The notes under the pieces are model-generated. The model had not been told where the DNA came from, ran no database searches, and worked only from the letters and a program-made list of their open reading frames with translations. Of a stretch of DNA of 60,000 bases, positions 35,966 through 49,829 are shown piece by piece (the first letter of the stretch is position 1; each line of letters opens with the position of its first letter). The position numbers were made by a program, and so were the translations under genes. This stretch comes from Mobula hypostoma (Eukaryota): positions 102,054,001 through 102,114,000 of the forward strand of contig NC_086107.1 of the NCBI RefSeq assembly GCF_963921235.1, read 5' to 3'.

Positions 35966-36521
35966 AGTAAACTTCCACCTCTTTGCCCAGAAATCCATCC
36001 ACCTTCACCTTATGAATATTTAAAAACTGCTTCAATCACCTTTTGTAAAAACAAAGCACCAAGCAGCATGACCACTGCAAAAGTCTCAAATGGGCAACTC
36101 ATTTTAAACAGTGGTGCTTAATTCTACATCTTTCCTGTTAAAAGTCAGAAGCTGAGATCCCATTACCCAAACTGTGGCACATCACACATCACATTTTGTC
36201 CTTCAGAAATACACTTATGCCAACCGTTTCCTGTCAGTCAGCTTTCCATCCACATCAATGAACAATTTAGTCACCTCTCACTCTTCTCAACTGCAGCAAA
36301 CACAAGCCTAGGATGCCCAGTTTTCCCTCATAAAACAAGTTGCCCATATCAGGTATTAGTCTAATAAATCTTTGTTGACCTGCCTCCGATGTATTAATGT
36401 CCTTTCTTAAATAAGGAGACCGACATCATATAGAGTATTCCAGATGCAATCTCTTAACGCCCTAAAGTACAGCTGCCCTGATTATGTTTTCAAAGTCCTT
36501 TAGCAATCAATAATAAAACTA

Positions 36522-37228
36522 CAGGTTGAGTACCCCCCCATCTGAAATTCCAAAATCCGAAAACCTCTGAATTCTGAAATTTTTTTTTTGAGTGCTGACA
36601 TGACGTCACAAATGGAAAATTCCACAGGGCGCAGGGAAGGTTCCCAGGTGATGCGCAGGTCTCTGTGCACCACAGACAGTTCTGAGAAGCGACATCACAT
36701 ATATAATGAACAGAAGTTAATGAAAAATAGAAAAACACTGCATAAAGCGAGAAATAAAGATCTCGATTGTGTATTGAAAGAGTGGATTCATCAGCGGAGT
36801 GAACCTAAGCTGCTTAACTCTATGCTGATAATGCAATAAGCAAAGATCTATCTGGAGGAACTGAAAATTGAAGGTATTTGTGAATATTCAGAGGCTGATT
36901 GCAGAAATTTAAGAAATGGAACGACAATAAATCTTAAAGACAAAGCAGCTGCTGACCACAAAGCAGCACAGAAATTCATTGGTGAGTTTGCCACGATAGT
37001 CGCTGATGAACATTTAACACCAGAACAAGTCTACAGTGCTGATTGTTTTGATACTAAAGGAAGTAAAATACAAATAGAGTGTACTGTAACCTTTGAATCA
37101 AAACACAGCTTAGTAGGCAGACACTGAAAGCCTGCTGCGTTTGTTGTCGTTCAACATCTGAATCAGGTATTCTCCTGATGCCTCTGTGCAGCTTTTGTTA
37201 GCAATTCAGGTAAGGGGTACTCAATCTG
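36522..37228 (+). mobile_element. pogo/Tigger (Tigger4/MER46-like) deleted element
   Basis: TA-flanked TIRs CAGGTTGAGTACCCC / GGGGTACTCAATCTG; CENP-B HTH-like RKTLHKARNKDLDCVLKEWIHQR and EQVYSAD remnants. Confidence 0.88.
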
Positions 37229-37908
37229 TATTACCTTTCTTTATGACTTTCAGTACCTGCATAGCAGCTCTCTGCTAGTTGTGCACCAGGACATCCACGT
37301 CTCTGTCCATCTCAGATCTACAATCACTCACGATTTGGATGAACAAGCTGCTTTGTCTTGTCAACACAGACAATTTTACATTTCCCTCCATATTATATAA
37401 CAGTTGTTAGCTCTTTAATTAACTTTATTCCCTTAGTAACCCCTTTGTCATATGCAGTTCTTAGATTCCTACTCATCTGAGTCATCAACAAATTTAGCAA
37501 GTATATCTTCAGTGCTTCCAGAGTCATTTCTATCAGTTGGAAAAAAGATGAGTTTCCAGCACCAGCCCGTGACACACTACTTGTTGCATTTGACAACCAC
37601 TTAAACAGACACCGTTTTTTGACAATCTTTTATCCATACCAATACAAAACATCAACATTTAAACAAGTTAGACCTAAGAGTATAATTGGTTGAAATTAAG
37701 AGTTTCTACCTAGCACATACTGTACAAGGTATCGGGGGTCACCACCAATAAAAATACAAGTGTGTGAAATATTTCTCTGCCAGAATTGCCAACCCTAAAA
37801 AGTTTTAAAGAACTATTTCCACCAGCACCCCGCCCCCGCCCAAGAATCTCTACCGCAAGATGCTTACAGTACACGTTAGAGAGGGACAGCACAAGTAGAG
37901 AAACAAAC

Positions 37909-37957
37909 CTGGGAAACCACCAAACCCAGAACCTCCTGCGCGACGAGCCTCTTCCTC
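37909..37957 (-). CDS. ST13: ST13 exon 10 (EEEARRAGGSGFGGFP)
   Basis: EEEARR motif; acceptor tttttcag, donor gtttgt; 49 bp. Confidence 0.93.
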
Positions 37958-38975
37958 CTGAAAAATAAGTGAATGCAGCTTCAATAAAATACAAAGTCTG
38001 GTAACATAGTGACAACAAACAGGGAGCTTTAACTGTACCACAGGTCATCTGGTAGTTCAGGCCTTCATTCAGAATGTTTTTGTTGAGTAAACCTGATCAA
38101 AGCATCAAAATCATATCCAGGTCAGAGTCCCGTAAATGTTACAGTACAAAAGAGCACGAGTATTCACAAATTTATCCCATTCTTGATTGTCTTCACAATT
38201 CACACAGTTATCGACCAGCACCACAGTTATAAATCCCTAAATGCCATAAATCTTGCTTTGGATTAGCATCAGTCACACCAGAACAAAACAGATTTAGTCC
38301 TCCTAATTCCTCTTGATCTAATCGTATTTCATAATGAACAGCCAGTGAAATCAAAGTATTCTCAACCATTTAATCATGGCATTCTCAGTCACTCTCTCCA
38401 AGTGTGATAAATTAACACAAAATGAGATTAATTTTGATTCACACTACAACTGGGTTTCACAAAGCAAAACGGGCAGGTCAGGCAATAATTTCCAAGTAAT
38501 TCAGTTCAATTAATACTGCTCATTATGTGCCGTGTCGTATGGCGTGGGTGATCATGGTCTTCCCATGACCATGATTGTTCTTGGCAAATTTTTCCACAGA
38601 AGCGGTTTGCCATCACTTTCTTCAGTCAATTTATATATTTAATAATATCTTCACAATTGTTGCATCATTTGTAGCAATACCTACAGCCATAGTTTTACTA
38701 AGCACCACACTACATTACCTACTGTTCAATGGAAATGTCTATAGAAAAGTTCTGTTGATAGGGGTATCTAAGGTACAAACCAACAAACCTGTTTAGGTGA
38801 TTACAGCGACTGAAATGATCCAGAGGTTTTTGTTAAGTATATCAACAAAGGCCCACAGATTCACAATAGATGCAAATAGATAACTTGACCTAGAACATCT
38901 AACATACACAACCATTTCATCACTTAGAATTCACATCTTTACATGAGGAAGGAAAGATAACATCTTGCCACTTAC

Positions 38976-39092
38976 TTTGCGTGCTTTTTCGTGTTCCTCT
39001 TTTGCTTTTTTTGCCCGTTCTATTCGCTCCTTCATGGCCTTTTCTTCAGATTTCCTTTCATATTTTCTTCTGTGATCTATTATTTTCTGAGC
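38976..39092 (-). CDS. ST13: ST13 exon 9, charged coiled coil ([39 protein letters not shown])
   Basis: [12 protein letters not shown]; donor gtaagt; 117 bp. Confidence 0.96.
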
Positions 39093-40870
39093 CTAAAACA
39101 CATATTGCAACAATCAATACAAATCTTTGATGTGCTCAGATACATTCACTGGAGATCTGCAATAGGTTAACTGCAGAGTGTTTCAATTTTAAACTGACAG
39201 GCAGAGAGAGACCAAAGAACCTAAAGCAGAATACTCAGCCCTAGACTGTACCTCAACTTGCGTTTGTATTTTCAATGGTTTATAAATCCAGAACGAGAGC
39301 CATGAGGTGAGGCAGGCACTACGATATACATGTGGAATGCTTATTCTCTTTCAGCAGGTGGTATAGGGACAAAAATATCATATATTATATACCATAATCC
39401 TCAACATATAATCATTTAACAATTACAGCACGGAAACAGGCCATCTCAGCCCTTCTAGTCCGTGACGAACTCTTACTCTCACCTAGTCCCACCGACCTGC
39501 ACTCAGCCCATAACCTTCCATTCCTTTCCTGTCTATATAGCTATCCAATTTAACATCAATAAAACTCAGTTGCACACTCCTCTCTCGGTAGTATGTACAA
39601 GTTCTACTCTTGGGCCCCATTAACATACACGGGCTCCCAAAGTTATGAATGACCTGATTTACAGAAATCTCACTTTACACAAAATAAACACACACACACA
39701 CACACTATACAACCAGAAATTTGTACTCTTCACAGACATCCACAAAACAAGAGATCCATAGAATGAATGATAGAACATTGAAGCCCCAATGTAATATTAT
39801 TGTAATATATCACTAGCTATAGAAAACAAGCATTTCTGTTTTCTGAAGAAATCTGCTTGTGGACAGGTGTCAGGTACATACCACTTATGCATCACAGGAG
39901 CTGCCTATATTTCTCAATTTCAGAGTTGATGTCTATTTGGCCCATTAAGTCTCTGCTGTGTATTAGCACTCACTCAACAGTAACGTACCCCACCCATCGT
40001 CCTGTAATCCACTCTGCCATACATACTCAAACTCTTTCTCCCAACTCTCCAGCCACCCACATAAACTAGGAGTACCTTATAGCTGCCGATTAATTGTCAT
40101 GTACTTGGGATGGACGAGGAAACCAGGGAAAGCCCATGCTGCTACAGGACAAATGTTCAAACTCTGTATAAAGAGCAACCCACCCAAGGTGAAGGTTGAG
40201 CTTGGGTCATTGGAGCTGAGGTAGCAGCTGTCCTACCCATTCTAAAAATGATTGTGTTGCTACAGTTGTGATTCTCAAATCTTGCACTGAAAGCAACATA
40301 GTTCAGATTGAATACAATGAGTTATTTATATCTTGGTTACTAAATTAAGTGGTCGCTGCACCACAGTTCTCCCTAGTAAATGGAATGCCCAGAAATTTTA
40401 AAGAGTGGTTTCTGGATCAGTTTGCATTTGGAGGCAGAGCAATAATGATAAATGGGAGGCAGAGTAAATAATGATAACTCACACACAAGAAACCCAATGC
40501 TCTTAAGATTATAAACATTAGAAATTCACAATTACTAGCTGTGATTTTTTTTCCTCTTTCTCTACTTGCATACTATGAAATGCAACAAGACTTATATTAT
40601 CCTGCAAATAACCAACATTTTAAAACATCCAAATGCTGGAAGTGTACAGAACTCAGTGTCTCAGATTACAACTTCCAGCAGGATTTTTGTAAAGGTTCCC
40701 AAATGCTTCCCAACACTGAAGATTACTGTAGATTACAACATAGATATTAGAATAGCATTGTTAGTACTGTATCTTATCCTAAACAATTCACAGGACAGGC
40801 TCTAAACAAAAGTCTCAAAGGCACAGGGTGAATAGTGGCAAGGTTTAAGGCAGGGATTCCCATTTTTTTT

Positions 40871-43378
40871 TAGAAACAGAAAACCCACAGCACAATACAG
40901 TCCCTTCGGCCCACAAAGCTGTGCCGAACATGTCCTTACCTTAGAACTACCTAGGCCTACCCATAGCCCTCTATTTTTCTAAGCTCCATGTACTTATCCA
41001 GGGTCTCTTAAAAGACTCTATTGTTTCCGCCTCCACCACCGCTGCCAGCAGCCCATTCCAAGCACTCACCACTCTCTGCGTAAAAAACTTACCCCTGACA
41101 TCTCCTCTGTACCTACTTCCAAGCACCTTAAAACTATGCCCTCTCATGCTAGCCATTTCAGCCCTGGGAAAAAACCTCTTACTATCCACATGATCAAGGC
41201 CTCAAATTATCTTGTACACCTCTATCAGGTCACCTCTCATCCTCTGTCACTCCAAGGAGAAAAGGCCGAGTTCACCCAACCTATTCTCATAAGGCATGCT
41301 CCCCAATCCAGGCAACATCCTTGTAAATCTCCTCTGCATCCTTTTTATGGTTTCCACATCCTTCCTGTAGTGAGGTGACCAGAATTGAGCACAGTACTCC
41401 AAGTGGGGTCTGACCAGGGTCCTATATAGCTGCAACATTACCTCTCCGCTCTTAAACTCGATCCCACAGTTGATGAAGGCCAATGCACCGTGTGCCTTCT
41501 TAACCACAGAGTCAACCTGCATAGCATCTTTGAGTGTCCTATGGACTCGGACCCCAAGATCCCTCTGATCCTCCAGACTGCCAAGAGTCTTACTAGTAAT
41601 GCTATATTTGACCTACCAAAATGAACCACTTCACACTTATCTGGGTTGAACTCCATCCGTCACTTCTCAGCCCAGTTTTGCATCCTATCGAGGTCCCGCT
41701 GTAACCTCTGACAACCCTCCACACTATCCACAACACCCCTAACCTTTGTGTCATCAGCAAATTTACTAACCCATCCCACCACTTCCTCATCCAGGTCATT
41801 TATAAAAATCACGAAGAGTAGAGGTCCCAGAACAGATCCCTGAGGCACACCACCGGTCACTGACCTCCATGCAGAATATGACCCATCTACAACCACTCTT
41901 TGCCTTCTGTAGGCAAGCCAGTTCTGGATCCATAAAGCAATGTCCCCTTGGATCCCATGCCTCCTTACTTTCTCAGAAAGCCTTGTATGGGGTACCTTAT
42001 CAAATGCCTTGCTGAAATCCATATATACTACATCTATGGCTCTACCTTCATCAATGTATTCAGTCATATCCCCAAGAAATTCAATCAGGCTCGTAAGGCA
42101 CGACCTGCCTTTGACAAAGCCATGCTGGCTATTCCTAATATTATGCCTCTCCAAATGTTCATAGATTCTGCCTCTCAGGATCTTCTCTATCAACTTACCA
42201 ACCACTGAAGTAAGACTCACTGGCCTATAATTTCCTGGGCTATCTCTACTCCCTTTCTTGAATAAGGGAACAACATCCACAACTCTCCAATCATCCGGAA
42301 CCTCTCCCGTCCCCATCAACGATGCAAAACAAAAAGAAAATTGCCAGAGGTTCGGCAATCTCCCCCCTCACTTTCCACAGTAGCCTGGGGAACATCCCGT
42401 CTGGTCCCAGCACATCCTCTTCCTTAATATCTACACGCTCAAGCTTTTCAGTCTGCTGCAAGTCATCCCTACAATCGCCAAGAAACTTTCCCGTAGTGAA
42501 TACTGAAGTACTCATTAATTACCTCTGCTATCTCCTCCGGTTCCATACACACTTTCCCACTGTCACACTTGATTGGTCCTATTCTAATATAACCATATAA
42601 CAATTACAGCACGGAAACAGGCCATCTCGGTCCTTCTAGTCCGTGCCGAACTCTTACTCTCACCTAGTCCCACCGACCTGCACTTAGCCCATAACCCTCC
42701 ATTCCTTTCCTGTCCATATATCTAATATAACCATACATTCTCTCACGTCTTATCCTCTTGCTCTTCACATACTTGTAGAATGCCTTGGGGTTTTCCTTAA
42801 ACCTGTCTGCCAAGGCCTTCTCATGGCCCCTTCTAACTCTCCTAATTTCATTCTTAAGCTCTTTCCTGCTAGCCTTATAATCTTCTAGATCTCTATCATT
42901 ACCTAGTTTTTTGAACCTTTCGTAAGCTCTTTTCTTCTTGAGTAGATTTACAACAGCCTTTGTACACCACAGTTCCTGTACCCTACCATCCTTTCCTTGT
43001 CTCATTGGAACATACCTATGCAGAACGCCATGCACATATACCCTGAACATTTGTCACATTTCTTCCGTATGCTTCCCCGAGAGCATCTGTTTCCAATTTA
43101 TGCTTCCAAGTTCCTGCCTAATAGCCTCATATTTCCCCTTACTCCAATTAAACATTTCCCTAACTTGTCTGTTCCTATCCCTCTCCAAAGCTATGGTAAA
43201 GGAGATAGAATTGTGATCACTATCTCTAAAACGCTCTCCCACTGAGAGACCTGTCACCTGACCAGGTTCATTTCCCAATACCAGATCAAGCATGGCCTCT
43301 TATCTTGTAGGCTTATCTACATATTGTCAAGAAACCTTCCTGAACACACCTAACAAACTCCACCCCATCTAAACCCGA
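40871..43378 (-). mobile_element. CR1 LINE, about 2.5 kb, 5'-truncated and frameshifted
   Basis: [71 protein letters not shown]. Confidence 0.96.
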
Positions 43379-43949
43379 GCCGTAGACCAATCCAGTAAAG
43401 CAAGGGGTCTGTGGACCGCAGGTTGGGAACCTCTGCTTTAAGGAATACAGTGAAAGAGGGGTACAAAGTGGGAGCTGAGGGACAGTGAGGCTAAGAATGA
43501 ATGCCAGAACTTAGGGTCTTGACAGCAGCCAGTGCAAAGCAATGAACACTAGGGATGTGCAAGCTGTCAGAAATGAAACTCACAAATCTTAAAGGCCTGT
43601 AGTTACAAGAAAGAAGTTAAAGGACTGATATGACAAGTGGTAAGAATTTGGTTTTTGTGTAAAAGTTAGTCTGCAGCAATGCAAACCTCAATTTCCACAA
43701 GATGGCTTTTGGTGAAACCAATTCCACTACTTAAGCTCCGTAGCAGGCTGGCTAACTGCTTTACATAGTTCTAACCCACAGACAAGAATGACTGGATTTC
43801 TAACAAATTCATTGGCTGCAATGTGCTTGGGACATCCCAAACGCAGAGCGCAAAAAAATAAAGACAAAAATATAAACCCCTTGTTTCACTTTAAGTACAA
43901 ATTCTTATTCTCTTATTGTTAAAGTAGTATGTAAATAAACTGCACTTAC

Positions 43950-44052
43950 TCGAGGTTGCACTTCTTTCAGCATAGCACTAGCATCATCATCATAATCCAG
44001 TTTACAGGCCGTTGCCAAATCCTTGGCTGCTTCCTCCCAGTGACCGAGCAGT
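43950..44052 (-). CDS. ST13: ST13 exon 8 ([34 protein letters not shown])
   Basis: Matches HIP TPR3 and linker; donor gtaagt; 103 bp. Confidence 0.97.
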
Positions 44053-44579
44053 CTGTGTGAGATGGCAAAACACAAGGTTAACAATTCCTAGTGTTAATCC
44101 ACAGTTTAGACTTAGATGTTCAAGCATCAAATACATTCTGTGCAAAAAGTCCTAAGCATTTATATATAGCTAGGGGACCCAAGAGTTTTACACAGTACTG
44201 TAGTAATTTTATGTATTGCACTGTACTGTTGCTGCACAAAAAGAAAAATTAGTGAGCGAACATAAACCTGATTCTGATATGGGTCTCTATTGTGAACTGA
44301 GAGTGGGAAGGGGGGAGGGAGAGGGGAATCATGGTTGGGAAAGGGGAAGGGAGAAAGGAGGGAGTGGGAAGCACCAGAGAGACATTCTGTAATGATCCAT
44401 AAACCAATTGTTTGGGATCAAATGATAGAATTGGAACCTGATAGACACGTGAATGACAGCAAGAGGAAATGCGACTGCTCTGCTGGGAACGGGATAAACT
44501 GATTGTCCTCCCTATGTGGCGATAACTGATCTCTCCAGCACATGTTCTTGTCCATCTACATTCATTTCCGTTTAGCTAC

Positions 44580-45005
44580 CACAAGTTTACCTCCAAGAGG
44601 ACCACAACCTTGCCATACCTCAATGCTTGCGTGCCTCAATGACCTGGAGAGCTATGTTGGCTGGAGTCAGGGCTTTGTGCTTTGGTTCTTGGTAGGATCC
44701 CCTATGCTAAACAGATCAAAGGATACAGGCCAGACTAAGAGTGGTCTACCAGTCCTGCATGTTTGGGGTTCAGCTCAGAGCTAACAACTGACTGGTCACA
44801 CAAAATCGTTATGGAACAGTAATATAGAACCCTTCTATATCCGAGTCTGACGGTATTCCTGAGTCTCTACTTGGGACCTGCGTGGCTGACAGTAGTGAAA
44901 ACTGAGAGGAAGCTACTGGCACGATGAAGGAAGCCCTGAACATCACCAGAGATGGAGGACCTTCACTGTTGCCCTAAACACCAGCCGCACAATAGGCAGC
45001 CAGGC
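44580..45005 (+). mobile_element. Probable RTE-clade non-autonomous repeat
   Basis: Resembles RTE 5' UTR-type sequence from memory; not verifiable within the window. Confidence 0.4.
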
Positions 45006-45221
45006 TAGACCTCATAGCTAAGGCATAGAGTTAGGATGATCCTAGGTGCAATCCCTAATACACACCACGATGAGGATTTTCCCTTCACCATAGTGGAGAT
45101 AACTAGAGTATAGCTCCTGTTATGCCTGCTGGAAATGGCCATTTTAGACAACAAATGGTAACAGATCTGAGATTTACTGGTATTTAAATATCTTACTGTT
45201 ATCCATGGTGAATGAAGCATC

Positions 45222-45745
45222 ATATGTGGCACTCCAGTTAGGAAGAGGAGTTTTAGGCTCCTCATCTAAGAAAAGATGTGCTGGCATTGGAGAGGGTTCG
45301 GAGGATGATCCCAGGAATGAAAGTTATCATATGAGGAACGTTTCATGGCTCTGGGTCTGTTCTCGCTGAAATTTAGAGGAAGAGGGAGCATGTCGTAGAA
45401 ACCTTTTGAGTGTCGAAAGGCCTAGACAGAGTAGATGTGGAAAGGATGCTACCCATGGTGGGGGACTCTAGGACAAGAACAGCCTCAGGATAGAGGGGCA
45501 TCCATTTAAAACAGAGATGTGGAGAAATTTCTTTAGCCAGAGGGTGGTGAATTTGTGGAACTTATTACCACAGGCAACTGCAGAGGCCAAGTCTTTGAGT
45601 GTATTTAAGGCAGAGATTGATAGGTTCTCGAATGACCACGGCATCAAAGGTTACAGGAGTGGGACTGAGCAGGGGACAAAAGGATTCAGCCATGGTTGAA
45701 TGGTGGAGCAGACCCGATGCGCCAAATGACATTATGTCCTATGAT
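45222..45745 (+). mobile_element. CR1 LINE 3' fragment
   Basis: RKDVLALERV..; RNFFSQRVVNLWNLLPQ..VFKAEIDRF. Confidence 0.88.
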
Positions 45746-46689
45746 CCAAGAAAGGAAAATAAGAATAAAGCATGGGTGATAAATTGCACTTGGATGGTTT
45801 GGTTAAAGCAATTTTTCAAATGTAGAATGTGACTGGAGACGATCTTTACCAGAGAAGATCCATAATGGAAAAGATCCATATTGATATATGTAGAGAATCA
45901 ATAAAAACAGATAAAAGCAGAATGGTCCATTCCTTTTATCCTTGCCCAATTTCTTGCTCCATGCAAATGTGCCCAGGATTCTGTTGTTCAGGCACTACTT
46001 CACAACACTGATCAAAAAGAATAAAGAGACTTGGAAGCAGACAATGCAGTTAGAAGCTGATACTGGAAACTGCATTTGATGCTCAGTGTCTTGTCCAATG
46101 GTCAAAGAGCCTGCCAATTTTCACTTCTTCATGCATGGTCCCCAATGAATGAAAGAAACAGTCACTACATTCCAACTACATTAAAACACAGAGCCAGGGA
46201 AGGAAACGTTGTCAGAACACTGTCCGAACATTTAACTGGTATTTAACAATTTGTGTGCAATTGCTATCAACCATGAACATTTCAACTGGTGATGTAACTA
46301 AAAAACCCATTACTATAAAGTGTTTTAGGATGTTGTGAGATTATAAAATATGATCTGTATAAATTTCAGTCCTTTTATTTACTAAAAGTAGTATCACTGG
46401 AAATGCACCTGCATTTCTTTAAAAGGGTCGAGAAGCAAGGGAGAAGCAGAGGTGTTTCAGCTCAGTGAACTAAAGGATGGAAAGGCAGTCTGTGGGGAGT
46501 ATGAACAGCAACATCTACAGGCTGTGCAGAATGGTCAGCATATTCAATATGGTGACCAGTCGACCTATCCTGTGAAGCACAGGTAATTCTGCTATAACAC
46601 GATAATTAAGTTCTTAAGAAAACTCGTGTTATAGCCAGTCTCTATTTGAGGTATGGAGATGGAGATGGAGAGGGAGAGGGAGAGGGTCA

Positions 46690-47410
46690 GTTGCTGTGAA
46701 TTCTTTCATATGAACATAGAGGATCTTTCCTGGGACCAGCACACAGGTGTCATCAAAAAGGAAGGAAGAATAGTACCTCTTCTTTCTTACAAGTTTGTGT
46801 AGATTCAACATGTCATTAACACCTCTGTCAAATCTGTATAGATGCACAGTGGAGTCTACTAACTGGCTGCCTCATGGCCTAGTATGGAAATACCAATGCC
46901 TAGAAACGGAAAAGGCTACAGAAAGTGGTCGACATAGCCCAGCCCATCATAGACAAAGTCCTCCCCATCAGAGTACACTTACACGGAACACTGCCACAAA
47001 ACAAAAAGCATCCAAGATGCCACCATCCAGGCCACGTCCTCTTCTCACCCCCACCTCCCGGTAGGAGGCACATACAGATTCCACCCACCAACTTCAGCAA
47101 CAGTTATTACCCTACATCTATCAGTATCCTGAACCGGTGTGGATGATTTCATTCAGCGATACTCTGAATTGATTCTACGGCCTACACTCACTTTTAAGGA
47201 GTCTTTACAACTCGGGTTCTCAGTATTATTTAGATTTGCACAGTTTTTCTTCTTTTGCACATTGGTGTTTGTCAGTCTTTGTCCGTCTATTTATAGATTT
47301 TCAAAAAGTTCTTTCAGATTTCTTTTTTCCTGTAAATAGCTGCTAGAAAATGAATGTCAAAGTAGTATATTGCAACATACACATACTTTGATAATAAATT
47401 TACTTTGAAC
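46690..47410 (+). mobile_element. Rex1/Babar-type LINE 3' fragment
   Basis: NLYRCTVES; HHPGHVLFS; tail ATAATAAATTTACTTTGAAC also seen near 2010. Confidence 0.82.
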
Positions 47411-47701
47411 AGGCTGTAGTTGCCTTCAAAGCATATTTAAACTGGCCTCCCACATTGCACTATAACCAATGCAGTCCAAATACTGCTCCCTAAGTCATCA
47501 CTATGTTATAACCAATTCACTGTGGAATTACTTATACTCAGACAGAATCAAGCAGCACTATTTATTTCTATATTTTATTGTTTTACACATCTTTCATTCC
47601 CCAAAATACCATGTAGGATTCACATTTGTTTCCACACAATTTTTTTTTAGTGTTTCCTACTACTGCCATGCAATAACTGCAACTTCCCACCACACACTCA
47701 C

Positions 47702-47812
47702 CTGTGTGCTTTCCCTCTCCACTTGTAAGGCTGTGCAGAATCAGGGTTGATACTGATAGCTTTGTTACAATCCCTAATGGCTGCATTTGGCTTCTGCATT
47801 TTCACATATACA
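47702..47812 (-). CDS. ST13: ST13 exon 7, TPR ([37 protein letters not shown])
   Basis: KPNAAIRDC and [19 protein letters not shown]; 111 bp. Confidence 0.97.
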
Positions 47813-49304
47813 CTGTAAAAGATAAAAAGTATGGCTTACAGTGTGGTTAGAAATAGAAATAAAACAGTGTAACCCATTAAAACAATATGATAATACTCAA
47901 CAAAGAAAACTAGCTTAGTACCAAGATTACCTCCTGAATAATTAGTAGCTTTCCAACGTCAGACAAAATCTTCTGCACTAGAAGATCTTGTTCAATAGCT
48001 GAGGTCAATTTCTGAATTTGGGCATCTCAGGGAAGAGATCAGCACAAATATAATAACTGACCTCAGACACGGAGCAAGAGGGTGAAAGGAGGAAAAAGAT
48101 ACCCAATACCCAATGCCTGACTGCTATCTAGTGACCTCTACTGGAAAGAATTCGGTCAAGATCGGATCAATGTCAGAGCAAGTCTACAACGTTTATCAGA
48201 TGAGAAGGAAGAAAAGTTAATGTTTAAAAGGTATTCAACAAACAAAATTCAAGAGAAGTTCCTCTCAGAACTCTGTACAATGTGTTAGTATGGCAAGTTA
48301 ATTCAGTGCCTATTAATCTCCAATTGAACTTCAGCAAACAGTTGCACCTCTCACTATAAGACTGATGCAAAGGCAAAGCAAAAATTCCAAGGAAGAACAT
48401 TATTCAGACTGATTGGCTCACAGAACTGTCAGACGTGAGGGTCTAGGTAGCTTCACCCATTTACAGATGACACAAGTACATTGATTGTCATGAGGCAAAG
48501 ATGTCATGCAAGATCATGTGTACAGTTTATTTGATAGATGAGGAAACCACTCTGTAAGGAACATTCAACCTCTCAAAGTTTTAATAAGTTTTCCTTTAGA
48601 GATACATTAATGTATTGAACAACACTGAATTACAACCTTAATATCCATGCTTCTTCATTTCAGGTCCATTAATTCAACAAGATACCCACAGTCATCAAAC
48701 ATTTTACTGTTGGTATTTCGCAACAGATTGACAACAGGATGACATCACCAAAAACTTCCAAACTTATAAAGGACCTATTCCTTTTAAAAGGGGACTCGAA
48801 AATTTTACTGCATCTTTACTATGTTTAAAAGGGGCACTTCAAAGAAGGATGTTAATTTTCAGCAATTTACTCCAAAGATTCACAAAAGTGCAGAAGATAT
48901 AATTTTTCACCAAAATTATTAACACAGATGTTCAATTTGCACACAACTCTCCCAAATAAGGTTGAGATTTACAAAAAGTACCCCATATTACAAAATTACT
49001 GTACACCTGGTGAACAGAAGCAAGAACTCAAGGCCCCCATCCTAAAGGGGGTAAAAAAAGAAATCCAAGATATGGGTAATGAATCACCTGTGGGTTGCCA
49101 CTGGGGACAGATACATGTCCTAGTCCTTATTATTTCCCAAATCCAGTGGGCAAATATTGTGATCTATGCTTCTGACTTGTGTGTTTGAATACTAGGAGGC
49201 AATACCCCTAATGCTAATTGAACCTCACTGCAGCCAAAGTTGAATAACAAGACCTGAACCTAAACGCTAAAGAGTTTTCAAGCACATTTCCATCAACACT
49301 TTAC

Positions 49305-49389
49305 CTGGCTCGCTTAGCATAAAGAATGGCCAGACGTGGGTTCAACTTAATAGCCTCTGTGAAGTATTCGACTGCCTTGTCAAGATTCC
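49305..49389 (-). CDS. ST13: ST13 exon 6, TPR ([29 protein letters not shown])
   Basis: [17 protein letters not shown] matches HIP; GT-AG; 85 bp. Confidence 0.97.
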
Positions 49390-49829
49390 CTGTATTAAGG
49401 AAAACAAAACTTTAGACACCAAGGGCTGGTGTGGGATTTAGGAACAGAAGGAGGCAAGAAGTTTCCAGGTAGATTCAATTGCAGTCTGAGTAGATAGACG
49501 CAGACACTTACTAATTAACCAAAAACTTAGAGAATTAAAATACCAGACAACATAAGACAGTGGATTTGAAGGATTACTACAATATTAAAGTTAAGTAATT
49601 TTAAACATGGTAAAAAGATAACACTTCCAAAGTACTCCACCAATATGTTTAATATGTCAGCTCCCGAGACATATGGCCTTGCCATTAATCTCCTACAACC
49701 ATCCATGATATTACTCTTATAATTTTAATTAGTCCATCACCGATCATGTTTTCAGCTGGCTAGATCTTCTCAAATTCCTTCTTTAAACTTTCACCTCCTC
49801 TCCCCACTTCAAAGTGTTCAATAAAACTA

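Noticed and set aside
41660..42358. 232-aa reverse transcriptase ORF as a functional or domesticated gene
   Set aside because: Part of a 5'-truncated CR1 with frameshifts and stops on both sides
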